This document shows positions 25,401-41,017 of a DNA stretch of 64,000 bases, piece by piece (position 1 is the first letter of the stretch; the number at the start of each line of letters is the position of its first letter). The notes below the pieces were generated by a model. The model made no database searches. It was given only the letters and a program-made list of their open reading frames with translations, and had not been told where the DNA came from. The translations under genes were made by a program, and so were the position numbers. Where the stretch lies: contig NC_087462.1 of the NCBI RefSeq assembly GCF_036321535.1, positions 2,790,001 to 2,854,000 of the forward strand. Direction: 5' to 3'. This DNA comes from Camelus dromedarius (Eukaryota).

Positions 25401-26958
25401 GCAAAGGGGGCATTCCAGGTGAAGGGAATGGCGTGGGTAGAAGCGTGGAGGTGAGCAGCCACGGTGTGATTTAGGAAGTGTAAGTGCAGGGTGTGTGCCG
25501 TAGAAAATGGGCAGACACCTTGAGTGCCAAGCTTAGGGCAATGGGGAGCCACAGAGGAGTTTAGAGCAGGGGAGAGAGTTGGTCAGCACAGCAGGGGAAA
25601 TGGGAATGGTAAATCTCCTGGCTCAGCTGGGTACTAGGAGCAGGGAGGCCAGAGAAGGGGTGGGATCTGGGACAGACCCCTGAGTCATTCCCCACCACCA
25701 CCACCTGCAGGCCCCAAAAGCCAAGAAGAAGGCAGAGAGCTGGGAGCGCAGCGTGGGCACCCTTGGTAGCAGGCCCCAGCTGTCGGGCCTGGTCGTGGTG
25801 AAGAAAACAGACCTGGACTGCAGCATCGAGTGCGGTGGGGCCCCACCTGCCCAAGGTAGGTTCCTGCTGACCCGGAAGCTGCATGCAGTACCACGGGTGG
25901 CCACCAGGTGGCAGCAGCGCTCCTGCTGTTCAGAGCCTCCGTGGGGTGTGAGCTGGGGAGTGTGTGCACCCCACCTAGGGTAAGGGGAGAAGGGTGGAGT
26001 TTCCTTTTATCTTTTAATTACAAAAAGAGCAAGTGCTCGTTTTTAAAACTCAAGTCGGATGAGGATGTATAGGGTAGATCGCCAGATCCCACCGCCTCCA
26101 GTACCCTGTCTTCCATTGTCCACAGACACCAGCCCCAGGCCGGTTCCCATGTGTCTGCCTCCTGGTGGTTGTGTCGCTTACGCTCTGTGTATGTGGCCCC
26201 CGAACCTTGGGAGATGGAGAATTAGGGTGGGGTCGGCCCAGCGAGGTGGAAAGAGCAGGATTCTGGGGCACCACGTGCTGGTCTGTGGCCTCGGTTGAGG
26301 AGCCTGTCCCCCGTAAGACGTGGATGACAACAGGACCAACCCCCAGGGCCTCGTAGAGTTTGGGGCTGATCCCTGAGCTGCTCCACATCAGGTGCCTGCA
26401 GTATATCCTGGTGCCCACCGGGCCTTCTGGATACGTGGGCCATTGTTACCAGAACAGTTAGTACCCCGCTTATCAGGTGAGGAGACTGAGGCCCAGAGAG
26501 GTGAAGCCACTGGCCCAGAGCCACACAGCCGGGTGGGTGGCGAAGCCAGTGTCTGCCCCTCTTCATCACAGTGGTACACGGGTTCACTTGGGACTTGGAA
26601 CATTTCCATTTTCTGTGCTGTACTCCTGCACAGGCACCTGTGCCCACCCGGGTCAGCTTTCAGAAGTGGAGCTGCTGGGCTAAGGGGTGTGTGGATTTGC
26701 ACTGTGATGGGTCTGCCAGGCGGTTTCCAGAAAGGCTGCAAACAAGCAGGAATGGCCGACCTCACCTGGGCTCAGCCCTCCCAGAGCTGTCCGGAGAGGG
26801 GCTGCAGGGAGACGCCTGGTCAGCTAGCTCTTGCCTCTCCCCCAGGCGCCACAGAGAATGGGCAGGTGGCTGACCCTGCTCCCCGGATGCCCGGCACCTC
26901 CTCCCTGAGCCAGCTGGGTGTGTATTCGGACAGCGAGGACAGCAACAGCAGCAACTGA
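13066..26958 (+). CDS. YJU2: Splicing factor YJU2 (CCDC94), 321 aa
   Basis: Exons: 13066-13089 (MSERKVLN), 15064-15164 ([14 protein letters not shown]...APFNMR), 16583-16727 ([19 protein letters not shown]...[12 protein letters not shown]), 19001-19135 ([18 protein letters not shown]...), 21459-21640, 22827-22947, 25711-25855, 26846-26958 (...[11 protein letters not shown]). All introns GT-AG, frame continuous, two CXXC zinc-knuckle pairs. Confidence 0.97.
17107..17420 (+). mobile_element. Two nested Vic-1-like SINEs
   Basis: Heads at 17107 and 17204. The second has its own poly(A) (17317-17333), after which the outer tail resumes. CAAGATTTT at 17095-17103 and 17416-17424 flanks the composite. 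Confidence 0.8.
17425..18110. mobile_element. L1 3' end (+, 17425-17620) followed by an L1MB-like 3' UTR (-, 17640-18110)
   Basis: aacaaggtcctaccgtgtagcacagg...gtataactgaatcactgtgctgtatgccagaaattaacac, then ggacatttcacatccatggagtcacac...ctgcttctctcactgagcat...gggttcatccaagttgt. Confidence 0.75.
19400..19825 (+). mobile_element. MLT1-type LTR fragment
   Basis: gaaggccacatggcag...ctcagtcccacaaccacgaggaactaaattct...ttaagccactgggctggtggcaaattgttgcacagcaag. Confidence 0.7.
20450..20940 (-). mobile_element. MLT1 (J/K-like) LTR
   Basis: tgtgtaacaagttacctcaaaact...cacagtttttgagggtcaggaatcc...gaagtgacacacatcattggtcctattctgttccttagaagcgagtcact. Confidence 0.7.
23048..23186 (-). mobile_element. MER58A-like hAT fragment
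   Basis: gccatgtgccaataaaactttatttacaaagacagg...tagttttgcacccctg. Confidence 0.65.
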
Positions 26959-27445
26959 GCCCTGCCCCCGGCCCTTCCTGGGGTCAAGGTCACACATCCA
27001 GCTCCAGACGGTGGTCAGTGGTCGGGCAGGAGGCCTTGGGACCAACTGGAGTTACGACCAGACAAACACGAATGTCTTCCGAGGCCGGTGGGGCCAGCGA
27101 GAGCTTCCGCCAAAGGACTCAGTGTCTCTCCTGTCCCCCCTCCCTCCCGCTCTCTGGAGCTCGGGGTCCGCAGCTCACACCACAGCATCCCTGGAACAGC
27201 TTCCAGCAGGCCTTGGAGGTAGTCTCTCGGACAGTCCTTGAGTTGTCAGAGGTGTTTTGTGCACGTGGATGAGCCCTCCCACCCCAACTGGCTCTATCCC
27301 TTCCCACCACAGAACCATCTGGAACCAGTGAAAGGAACCTGCTGATCTGGCCTGGGCACCTTGTCTGTGCCAGCATCTGAGGAGGGGCTGCAGACCCACG
27401 CGACCCAGCCAGTCCCTGACTCCTGACTCTCAGAAAAGACGAGAT

Positions 27446-27451
27446 AATAAA
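27446..27451 (+). terminator. YJU2 poly(A) signal
   Basis: AATAAA about 490 nt after the stop codon. Confidence 0.65.
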
Positions 27452-27929
27452 TGCTGTCTAGCACATGCAGTTTGGGGATAATCTGTTAAGCAATAGGAAA
27501 CTGATATGGTCACGTGGCCAGTAAGTCTGGTTCCACACCTCGTGCTCCTTCAGGGTTGCCTCTCCTACTGCAGTATTTTCTAGCTGAAGGTCCTGTGCCC
27601 CCACAAGACTCCTCCATATCCTGATCAACCCCCATCTCTTCTCTCCCAGGGTTACTGCCATCAGCCCTTCTCCAACACACACTCACAAACACACAGACTT
27701 GCGTCTGGCATCCGATAATGAGGTTTTGTGCTTTTCGCGGTCAGAGTTTGGGAATGAAACGCCCCCACTCTGGGGATCTGCTTCCTACCATGATTTCCCT
27801 GCTTAGGGACAGGATGAAGAAGTGAACCGGGATCCAACCAAGGCTTCTTGTGAGGGGCAGGGGGTCTCACATCACAGCTCCATGGCTGCGAGGATGGAAC
27901 CTGGGGGGCCTGATTCTGAAACCCTGAAG

Positions 27930-28105
27930 CCAGCCCCCACTGGCAGCTGGTGAGAACTGAAGCCTCCTGCATCTCTCTTCCAAGTTCTATGCTCAGCAGC
28001 TTACAGCTGGCCACGGCAGGAGTGTTTACACCATGGAAGTTGGCAAATGCTGCAAATCGGTCCTCCACGCCAGAGCCAGTTGTGAAGCATGGACCAGCAC
28101 CCATT
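27930..28105 (-). mobile_element. MER63-like hAT-Blackjack element
   Basis: ggagtgtttacaccatggaagttggcaaatgctgcaaatc...gagccagttgtgaagcatggaccagcac. Confidence 0.55.
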
Positions 28106-28183
28106 TCCTCCCAACTCAGCATCCTACAGGCAGGGCCTGGGATGTTGGCCACTCAGAGACTCTGGGTTAAAATGAATCACCCA

Positions 28184-28310
28184 GGGGAGAGTCTAGCTCA
28201 GTAGTAGAATGCATGCTTAGCATGCACGACGTCCTGGGTTTGATCCCCAGTACCTCCGTTAAAAGTAAATAAATTAATTAACTCCCCCCTCAAAAAAATA
28301 CTTAAAAAAT
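28184..28310 (+). mobile_element. Vic-1-like SINE
   Basis: GGGGAGAGTCTAGCTCAGTAGTAGAATGCATGCTTAGCATGCACGACGTCCTGGGTTTGATCCCCAGTACC head, with an imperfect TSD AAAATGAATCACCCAG / AAAATAAATCATCCAG. Confidence 0.85.
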
Positions 28311-28524
28311 AAATCATCCAGCTTAAGTAGTTGTGAACAGAGACTTAGGGGAGGGACCTCTCTGGTTCATTCTGATTCATTCTGTCAGACTGTTTCCTGA
28401 ACTTCCAATGCTCCTGATCCACACAATTTTTGCCTTGTACGCGGCCAGTTATAAGTTGCTGAGCACCATCTGTTACTATTATCTACTTAATATTATTAAG
28501 TCTTAACCTAACTCCATTCTAAAA

Positions 28525-28752
28525 CATGGGTCACTATACTATGGTCCACAGGCCAAACCTGGCCCCTCGCCTATTTTTGTAAATGAAGTTTTATTGGCAC
28601 ACTGACATACCCATTTGTGTGCATATTATCCATGGTTGCCTTCACTCTCCGGCGGCAGAAGTGGGTGGTTAAGACAGTGTTTCTAGGACCTGCAAAGCCA
28701 AAATATTTACTCTCAGGACCTTTATAGAAAAGGTTCTCTGGCCCCAGTCTGG
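28525..28752 (+). mobile_element. MER58A-like hAT element
   Basis: ggccaaacctggccc...tttttgtaaatgaagttttattggcacac...gcaaagccaaaatatttactctcaggacctttatagaaaag. Confidence 0.7.
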
Positions 28753-29286
28753 GTCACACAGCTCTGCTCCCCACAGCCTCCAGGGAAAGGTGGCCAAGAC
28801 AACTCCTACCCTGACTTCTAGGCTCACACTGTTCCTACATCCCTGCTGGCTGATGTCACCCTGAGGACAGGTGACACGGTGGATGGAGTACGTGGGGTCC
28901 ATTTAGGGAATAATAACAGCTATGTCAGTGAAGCACGGACCGTCTGCCAAACCTCTGCTAAGCTCTTCACGTGCACTCATTTGTTTAAGCTTCCCAAAGC
29001 AAGTGATTAATCCATTTGCTTGTTCCAAACAATTATTGAGCACCAGCTATGTGCCCGGCTCTGTTTTAGGCACTGAGGCTACAGCAGTGAAGAAAAACAG
29101 CTTCATAGACCACTCTCGAATGTGACATACTTGTTGGAAGATGAGAGATAAAAGGCTAAACATCTAAATATCATATTAAGATATAAAAAAAATACAAGAG
29201 GTGGTGATAATGTTTGGGAAACTAAAGCAGGGTAGGATGGTTCTGAGGGGGTGCCTGAGAAGGTGAGTTTATTGCCTGTGGCCCCT

Positions 29287-29710
29287 GTATTAGTGATCTA
29301 ATGCTGCATAACCAGTGATCCCCAAATTCAGCAGCTTAAAACCACAGGAATCTGGGTGTGGTTTCGCTGAGTTGTCTGCTTCAGGGTCTCACAGCAGCAG
29401 CTGCGGTGTTGGCTGGGGCTGGGGTCTCATCTGAAGGCCCAACGGGGGCAGGATCCATTTCCAAACTCATTCACGTGTTTGTTGGCAGAATGCATTTCCT
29501 CACGGACTCTGGGCCAGAGACTGCCCTTAGTTCCTTGCCTGCACAGATGTTTCCAACAGCTGGCTTCATAAGGAGGGTCTGGTAGAAGCGGCACCCCATC
29601 ACTGTGGCTGCTCCACTGGTTAGAAGTGAGCCACAGGTCCCTCCCACATTCCAGGGGCTCACAGGTGGGTGCAACCACCAGGAGACTGCAGTCATTCGGG
29701 ACCACCTGAG
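29287..29710 (-). mobile_element. MLT1-type LTR
   Basis: gtattagtgatctaatgctgcataacc...cccaaattcagcagcttaaaac...gtctcatctgaaggc...tgttggcagaatgcatttcct. Confidence 0.7.
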
Positions 29711-30394
29711 GGTCTACCTGCAGACCACCCCCTGGACAGTGAGCTTTGCAAGGGTCAATGTGTTGATGAATGAGTCCCTAGCACCTGAGATCATCTGAGC
29801 ACTTAGTAGGTGCTCAGTGCATGTCTGGGGCCTGAGTGGGTGGCCCCCACTCACAGATAAGGAACTTGAAGCCCAGGGAGCCCCATGTCCCCGCCCGCTC
29901 CCCCCCCCCCCCCGCCTCCTCTGCACTCCACTGGAACTGTTTCTTTCATTCTTATTTTCCTTGCAGGCTTTGTTCTCCCACTCAGAACAGTGTGTCTCTT
30001 GGCCCCCAGTTTCCTTGCGGGGGTTCCCAAGGCCGAGCAGGCAGAGGCACAGCACAGCCACACATGGGGGTCTGTCATGTGTGCTGACCACCCAGGGCCC
30101 CAGCCCACTCCCTGCCCTGAGCCTGCCTCCCCGGGATACTCCCCTTTTCACTCTCTGGGGCCTGCCCTTCCCCATCGCGGCTGACGGTCCCCATTCCCCC
30201 TCAAGCTCTGTGTCCGTCATCTGGTCCTTGGGAGCTGTCAGGCCTCATCCAGAATCTCCTCCGTCAATTCCCCTGGGGCTGCCTGGCTGCCCGAGCACAT
30301 CAGAGGGACTTGGTGGGGGGTGGCCTCCCCTCCTGCTGGAGCCCACTCCCGCCAGGTCCTGGGCTTCACAAAGGAGAGGAGGGGCCGAGGGGCC

Positions 30395-30463
30395 GCTTCT
30401 GCTTCCCCAAGCTCCCTCCACCCCAGAGCTTCTGCTTCCCCAAGCTCCCTCCACCCCAGAGCT
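30395..30463 (+). repeat. Perfect 33-bp tandem duplication
   Basis: GCTTCTGCTTCCCCAAGCTCCCTCCACCCCAGA twice (30395-30427 and 30428-30460). Confidence 0.95.
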
Positions 30464-30608
30464 CGCCGCCCATGGCCTCGGGCACACACTCCCTTACACG
30501 CAGAGTGGGTGACAGGCAGGACCTGGGTTTGAAACTGCAGGGCTGCGAGGCTGCAGCTTTGACCACCACGCTCCGTAGACTGGGAGCTTCTGGGGGCGGA
30601 CCCGTGCC

Positions 30609-30895
30609 TTCCCCATCAGCCTGGGGCCCTGGAAGGCAGAGCCATGTCTTCTCCGTTAGACTGGGAGCTCCTGAAAGCAGGCACGTATTTCCTCTGTCAG
30701 GCTGGGTACTTCAGAGGGCAGGGTCATGCCTCCTCCATCAGACTAGGGGCTTCTGAGAGCAAGGCCATGTCTCATCAGACTGTGAGCTCAGAAAGGCAGG
30801 GCTGTGTTCAGGAGCTTCTGAGGATAGAAATTACCTCTCCTATCAGACTAGGAGCTCCTGAGGCCACACCTCCTCCATCAGATCAGGAGTGTTTA
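30609..30895 (+). repeat. Degenerate ~40-bp minisatellite resembling the L2 3' end
   Basis: A core of the form (a/g)TCAGACT(g/a)GGAGCTcCTGAggGCAGG recurs at 30615, 30655, 30696, 30737, 30774, 30842 and 30876. Confidence 0.7.
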
Positions 30896-31079
30896 GGCCC
30901 CATCATGGGCCATGCCCCTCTGGTCCCCTCCTGTCCGGTGCCTTGGTTCCCACCCCCCTGCAGACATGGGGATCCATGAGGCAAGAGAGAGCAGGCACAA
31001 CCCCAACCAGGGACCTCCTCTCTCTTCTTCCTGAGGTCCCATCCACCCTAAGCATATACTGAGCACCTACTGTATGCCA

Positions 31080-31450
31080 TACAAGAAAGTACTGTTCAGC
31101 CATAAAAAGGAATGAAACACTGACACTCACTACCATTTAGATGAACTTTAAAAACATGGTGCTCAGTGAGAGAAGCCAGACACAGATGGTAGCATAGAGT
31201 GGGATTCCATTTATGTGAAATGTCCAGAACAGGCAAACCCACAGAGAGTGGATTCATGGAGGCCAGGGGCTGGAGATTTGGGAAGAATGGGGAGTGACTA
31301 CTAACGGTGTGGGGTTTCTTTGGGGGATGATGAAATTGTTCTAGAATTAGTGATGATTACACAATCTTGTGAATGTACTAAAACCCATTGAAATCTACTC
31401 TTTAAGTGGGTAGATTATGGTGTATGTGAATTACATCTCCAAAAAAAATG
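31080..31450 (+). mobile_element. L1MB-like 3' UTR fragment (near-consensus composition)
   Basis: ttcagccataaaaaggaatgaaacactgacac...gtgctcagtgagagaagccagacac...ttccatttatgtgaaatgtccagaacaggcaaacc. Confidence 0.8.
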
Positions 31451-31721
31451 TTTTAAGGTGCCCAAAACAGTGCCAGGCAGTAGCATTCAACAGAAGTTAG
31501 CTGTTACTCTCGTTGTACAGACAGGAAGGTAGTCCAGATCACTTACCTAAGGTCAGAAACTGAGCCCCACCCAAGAGGAGGCCACTCATGCTGGGGGAAG
31601 GGAGGTCCCCTCAGCCCAGGACCCCTAGACTATCTGCCTCCTTGTCTTTGTCCATGCCAAAGCCCCCTCCTGGCATGGCTCCTTCGCTCCCTCCTCCCCC
31701 AGTCAGAAAGCCAAAACCCGA

Positions 31722-31850
31722 GGGGAGGGTATAGCTTAGTGGTAGTGCAGATGCTTAGCATGCAAGAGGTCCTGGGTTCAATCCCCAGTACCCGCATAAA
31801 AAAAAATTCCCTGCCCTCCCCACCAAAAAAAAAAAAAAAAAGAAAAGAAA
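31722..31850 (+). mobile_element. Vic-1-like SINE
   Basis: GGGGAGGGTATAGCTTAGTGGTAG...GCTTAGCATGCAAGAGGTCCTGGGTTCAATCCCCAGTACC plus an A tail. Confidence 0.85.
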
Positions 31851-34596
31851 ATCACACCCAAGGTTATGTGGCTATTCAAGGTCACACCACCTTGGGGTCG
31901 CTAGACCCCCAGCCTGACTCTCCTCCTCATCCATGACCTCCCACTCCTCCCCAAACCCCCTCCCTGCTCTTGCGGTGGGAGTCGGGGCAGCCCCAGGAGA
32001 AGCCAGCTCAAAAGCGCAGGAAAGTCAAACGCCGTTTGATTCTGCCTCCGGGGCCCTCTAATTGCTATTCCTGACACACACTGTAATTAGAAGGCCCCTT
32101 TCAAATATCTATACCTTAGACATCGCGTGTTTATCTGACAGGGAGAGGACTTGGATTTGATGAGCTCTGTCAGCAGCTCATCCCTGGCTGGGCAGGGAGT
32201 TGCCTTACGGCTGACAGAAAACAGGACAATCATCCGCCTGCTCCCTGGCAGTCCCGAGGGGTGCTGCCTTGCTGCTGATAGCAGAGGGCGGGGTGGGGTG
32301 GGGGGCTGTATGAATGTTTTTTGGGAGGGAGGACCGAGTTCAACAGGTTTGTGTTGGGCGAGTCAGCCAAAGCAGGAAAGACGAGGGGAGGACAGACCTT
32401 GCCTTGTCAGCTCTGGACCTCATTTGCCCCATCTGGGAAATGGACTAATAGTGGAGGGGAGACAGAGAACCTCTGATTCCATGAAGAGACCTGGCAGGTG
32501 TCAAATGTCACCCCAAGCCAGGACATATCACGGCGTCCAAGCAGAAATGAGCTGTGTGGGGTGTCCCTCCCCTCTCTGTGCCTCAGTTTCCCCATCAGGA
32601 GAAAATTCACTCCCTCCTTGGCGATCCTTCCTCAAGCTCTCTGGGGTTTTCCTACCAGAAGCACCATTTTTCAAATCAGGAGAGCAAAGTGCAGTCCCTA
32701 TAGACATTGCCCTGGTCCCACTATTCTTGGGGGGGGGGGCAGCTCACACCAGTGTCACCTCTGACTTGTGTCCTTCCTCCCCTCCAAGCCATAGGCACCT
32801 GCCCACCCTAGGGGGCTTGGAGAAGAAAATCTGAGGGCCCATCCTTTCTGACCACCCCTCTCTTACTGCACTATTAGGGGGAACTGAGCAAGCCCCTTTA
32901 TGGGAAAAGAAAAAATGTGTTTGCTCTAGAACCGGCCAGCAGCTCCCTTTGCCTCTCTCACTGCCCCCTAACCCCTTAGCGTCCTCACCCCCAGACAGCT
33001 GCAGCTGCCTACAGGCAGCCAGGCCAGGCAAGACGGAGACCTCTCTCATTTGTGACCCCTCCCTGCCTCCACCCCCAGAAACCACAAAAGGACAGATGCT
33101 GAAGACACACGCAGGCACAGATACCATCTCCCTTCCCATGGCCAGCTGCCCCAGCCCCCTTCCCCCATCCTGCAATTAATCCCCTGGGAAGAGGGGACGG
33201 AGAAGAGCCCTCTTGGGGGAGGGGAAGGCAGAACCCCGTCGCTTCTGTCGTCTGCCCTCTTCCTTCAGCTGGCTGCGTCGATACCCATTTTAGCCAGTGA
33301 CCTCTGGAACAATTTCCACACCCCCAGTCTCCTGGTCAGTTTCACCTCAGATCCTTGGTCGATTTCAGTCCTCAGCAGTGGCGACTCTCACCCCCTCTGC
33401 CGGTCAATTTCACCCTTTCTGGCGGTCAAGTCCAGCCCCACACTTCCCGGCCAATTTCCACCTCCACTCCCTCTCCCACCTCCCCACCTCAGCACCTCTC
33501 GCTCTCCCGAGCAAGGTCAGCCTCTGTTGGTTCCCACCTCCCGCGCTTCTCTCTCGCTCCTGCCAGCCTGGGTCCTTCGGGTCACTGTCCAGTCGCCGCG
33601 GCCTCAGCCCCCGCGACTCCCGCCCCGCATCCCTCCTCCCCCCACCGGCAGCGGCTCCCCTCCCTCCCCAGAACAGCTGAAGGTCTCAGTCACCTCCGAG
33701 GGGAGCGCGGGGGGGGAGGGGGCGGGGGAAGACGCGGTGGGGGGGGGAGGGGAAGCCTTGACGTCGCTGCCCCGGACGCTGCCCTGAGCTGGTGGGGCTG
33801 GGGCGTCCGCCCGAGCGCCCCCTCCCCAAAGTCCCACCTCCCGACCGTGCGCTGCCGGCGCGGCTAAAGTCTCTCCGAAAGCGTGAAGGGGGATTGGAGG
33901 AGATTTTATTTCCCTTTGTGCCAGCGGCCGGGGCCGGATCGAGGCGGCCGGGCCCCGGGGCCGCGGGATTGGGGCTCCCCCGGGAGCGGCGAGGAGCGCA
34001 ACAAAGGATGCGCGGCACCGGGGTCACCGTCCCCGCGGTCCAACTTTGTGCGTGGAGCCCGGGTCCCCGGGGAGCCCGCCCGCTGCGCTGAGAACCCAGG
34101 CGTCTAGGCTGAGCCAGGGCTAGGGGGCGTCCGCAGGCGGCACTTTCCCGGGTCTCCGGCTCCCGGCCTCCAGGAGGGGATCCCCGAGCTTCCCGTAGAC
34201 AGCGGGCGGCCGAGCCACGCACGGAGACCGCGCTGCCGGTGGGAACTCTGCGCGCCTCCGCGGATGCCCCTAGCTTCGGCCGGTCGACCCCGCGCTCGGC
34301 GTTCAGGGCCCTGCGGAGCGCCCCCTTCCCACGCTGTCCTTCAGGAGCCGGGCTAAGGTGCGCTTTCGCTCCTCCTCCTTCCTTCTCTTTCTCCCACCTC
34401 TATCTCCTCCTTTTTTTCCCCTTTTCACCCTCTTCTGACCCCAACCAAGGGGCACACCGGGTCTTTCTCCTCCTCCTTTCTCTCCTTCCTCCCTTCTCCT
34501 CCTCCTCCCTGGAGACTCTACCGAGGAAGGGGTCCAAGAAGGGGGCGTGTGGGTCCGCCTCTGACGGTGGACAGGTTTGGGGAGACACGCGCTCAG

Positions 34597-39971
<5,375 letters not shown>

Positions 39972-40177
39972 CCGGGAGCCTCAGCCTCCTGCCTTGGGCT
40001 GCAAGGACCCAGAAACACTGGCTGCAAACGTTGGAGGTCTTTCCAGCCCTGGAGGAGGCCAGATGGAGACACTCCCTGTCCCTCAGGCCCTGGGTCCTCA
40101 TCAGAGTCGCCCTGCTCGGCCCCCTTCTGGGTTCTATGGCCCAGAATGGTGTCTGGAAACCCTCCTCTGGCCTGGAA

Positions 40178-40183
40178 AATAAA
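40178..40183 (+). terminator. SHD poly(A) signal
   Basis: AATAAA about 205 nt after the stop, followed by GT/T-rich sequence. Confidence 0.75.
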
Positions 40184-40956
40184 TAAGTTATTGTATGTTT
40201 CAGGTGTCCTTTCTGGGAGATGGGGATCTCAGCCCCTCGGAAGGAAGAGGGGAGACAGACCCTTGGAGGGGGAAGAGCACCCCCAGCCCCTGGTTTTGGG
40301 GCACGGAGCTGGGGTTGGTGCCTGAATGGCTCACAGGGAGGGACCAAAACTCGGAGAGCTGGAGACAGGCAGGGAGAGAGAGGTATGGAGGCAGATAAAA
40401 ACCCGGAGAGAGCGGAGACCTACAGACAAAAAAGATGGAGACACCAAGGGGCCAAGGCTCTCCGGCCAACCCCACCCCCACCCCGCTCCTCCTCCCCATC
40501 CCTGCGGGTGGCCACCGGCTGATGCAGCTGCAGAAAGGACATCTGTCCCCATGGAAACAGCAGAAGGGGGGAAGGGAGCCAGCCCAGCTGGTGTCACTTC
40601 AAGGTGACAGTCGGACAGGGGACCCGGGACTGATAAATGCCAGGAAGCCCCAATCTCCCCACTCACTGCCCCCTCTCCCTTCACCCCCCCACCACCGCAC
40701 CGGACTCAAAGCCTGCCCATGGGGAGATACCAGCTGGGGAGGGGGAGAGCTTTCAGCTCAGGGCACTGTTCAGAGACTAGGGACATCACTTCTCTGCTAA
40801 TTGGACATGTCCCTCCAAGGATAAGAGGAAGGAAGCTGGTGAGTCGTCAAAGAGCCCTCACCACAGTGGTCCTCTGAGGCCCCCCCCCCTCAGATGACTG
40901 ATGTCTTCAGCATTCCCAAATTGCCACAAATCCTGGCTTTGCTTTCTTTACGAGCT

Positions 40957-40962
40957 TTTATT
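40957..40962 (-). terminator. TMIGD2 poly(A) signal
   Basis: TTTATT on + (AATAAA on -) about 55 nt after the stop codon. Confidence 0.6.
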
Positions 40963-41017
40963 TGGTGTTCTGGGGGCAAGGGAGAGGTCCAGCCTCACAG
41001 AAATAAGGATGGGGGTC

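Noticed and set aside
30395-30895. CRISPR-like array suggested by 33-40 bp periodic repeats
   Set aside because: There are no unique spacers between conserved repeats, no cas genes, and the DNA is mammalian.
34549-34596. N-terminal extension of SHD from the upstream in-frame GTG
   Set aside because: The ATG at 34597 gives the expected MAKWLRDYL start and a 340-aa product; nothing supports the GTG start.
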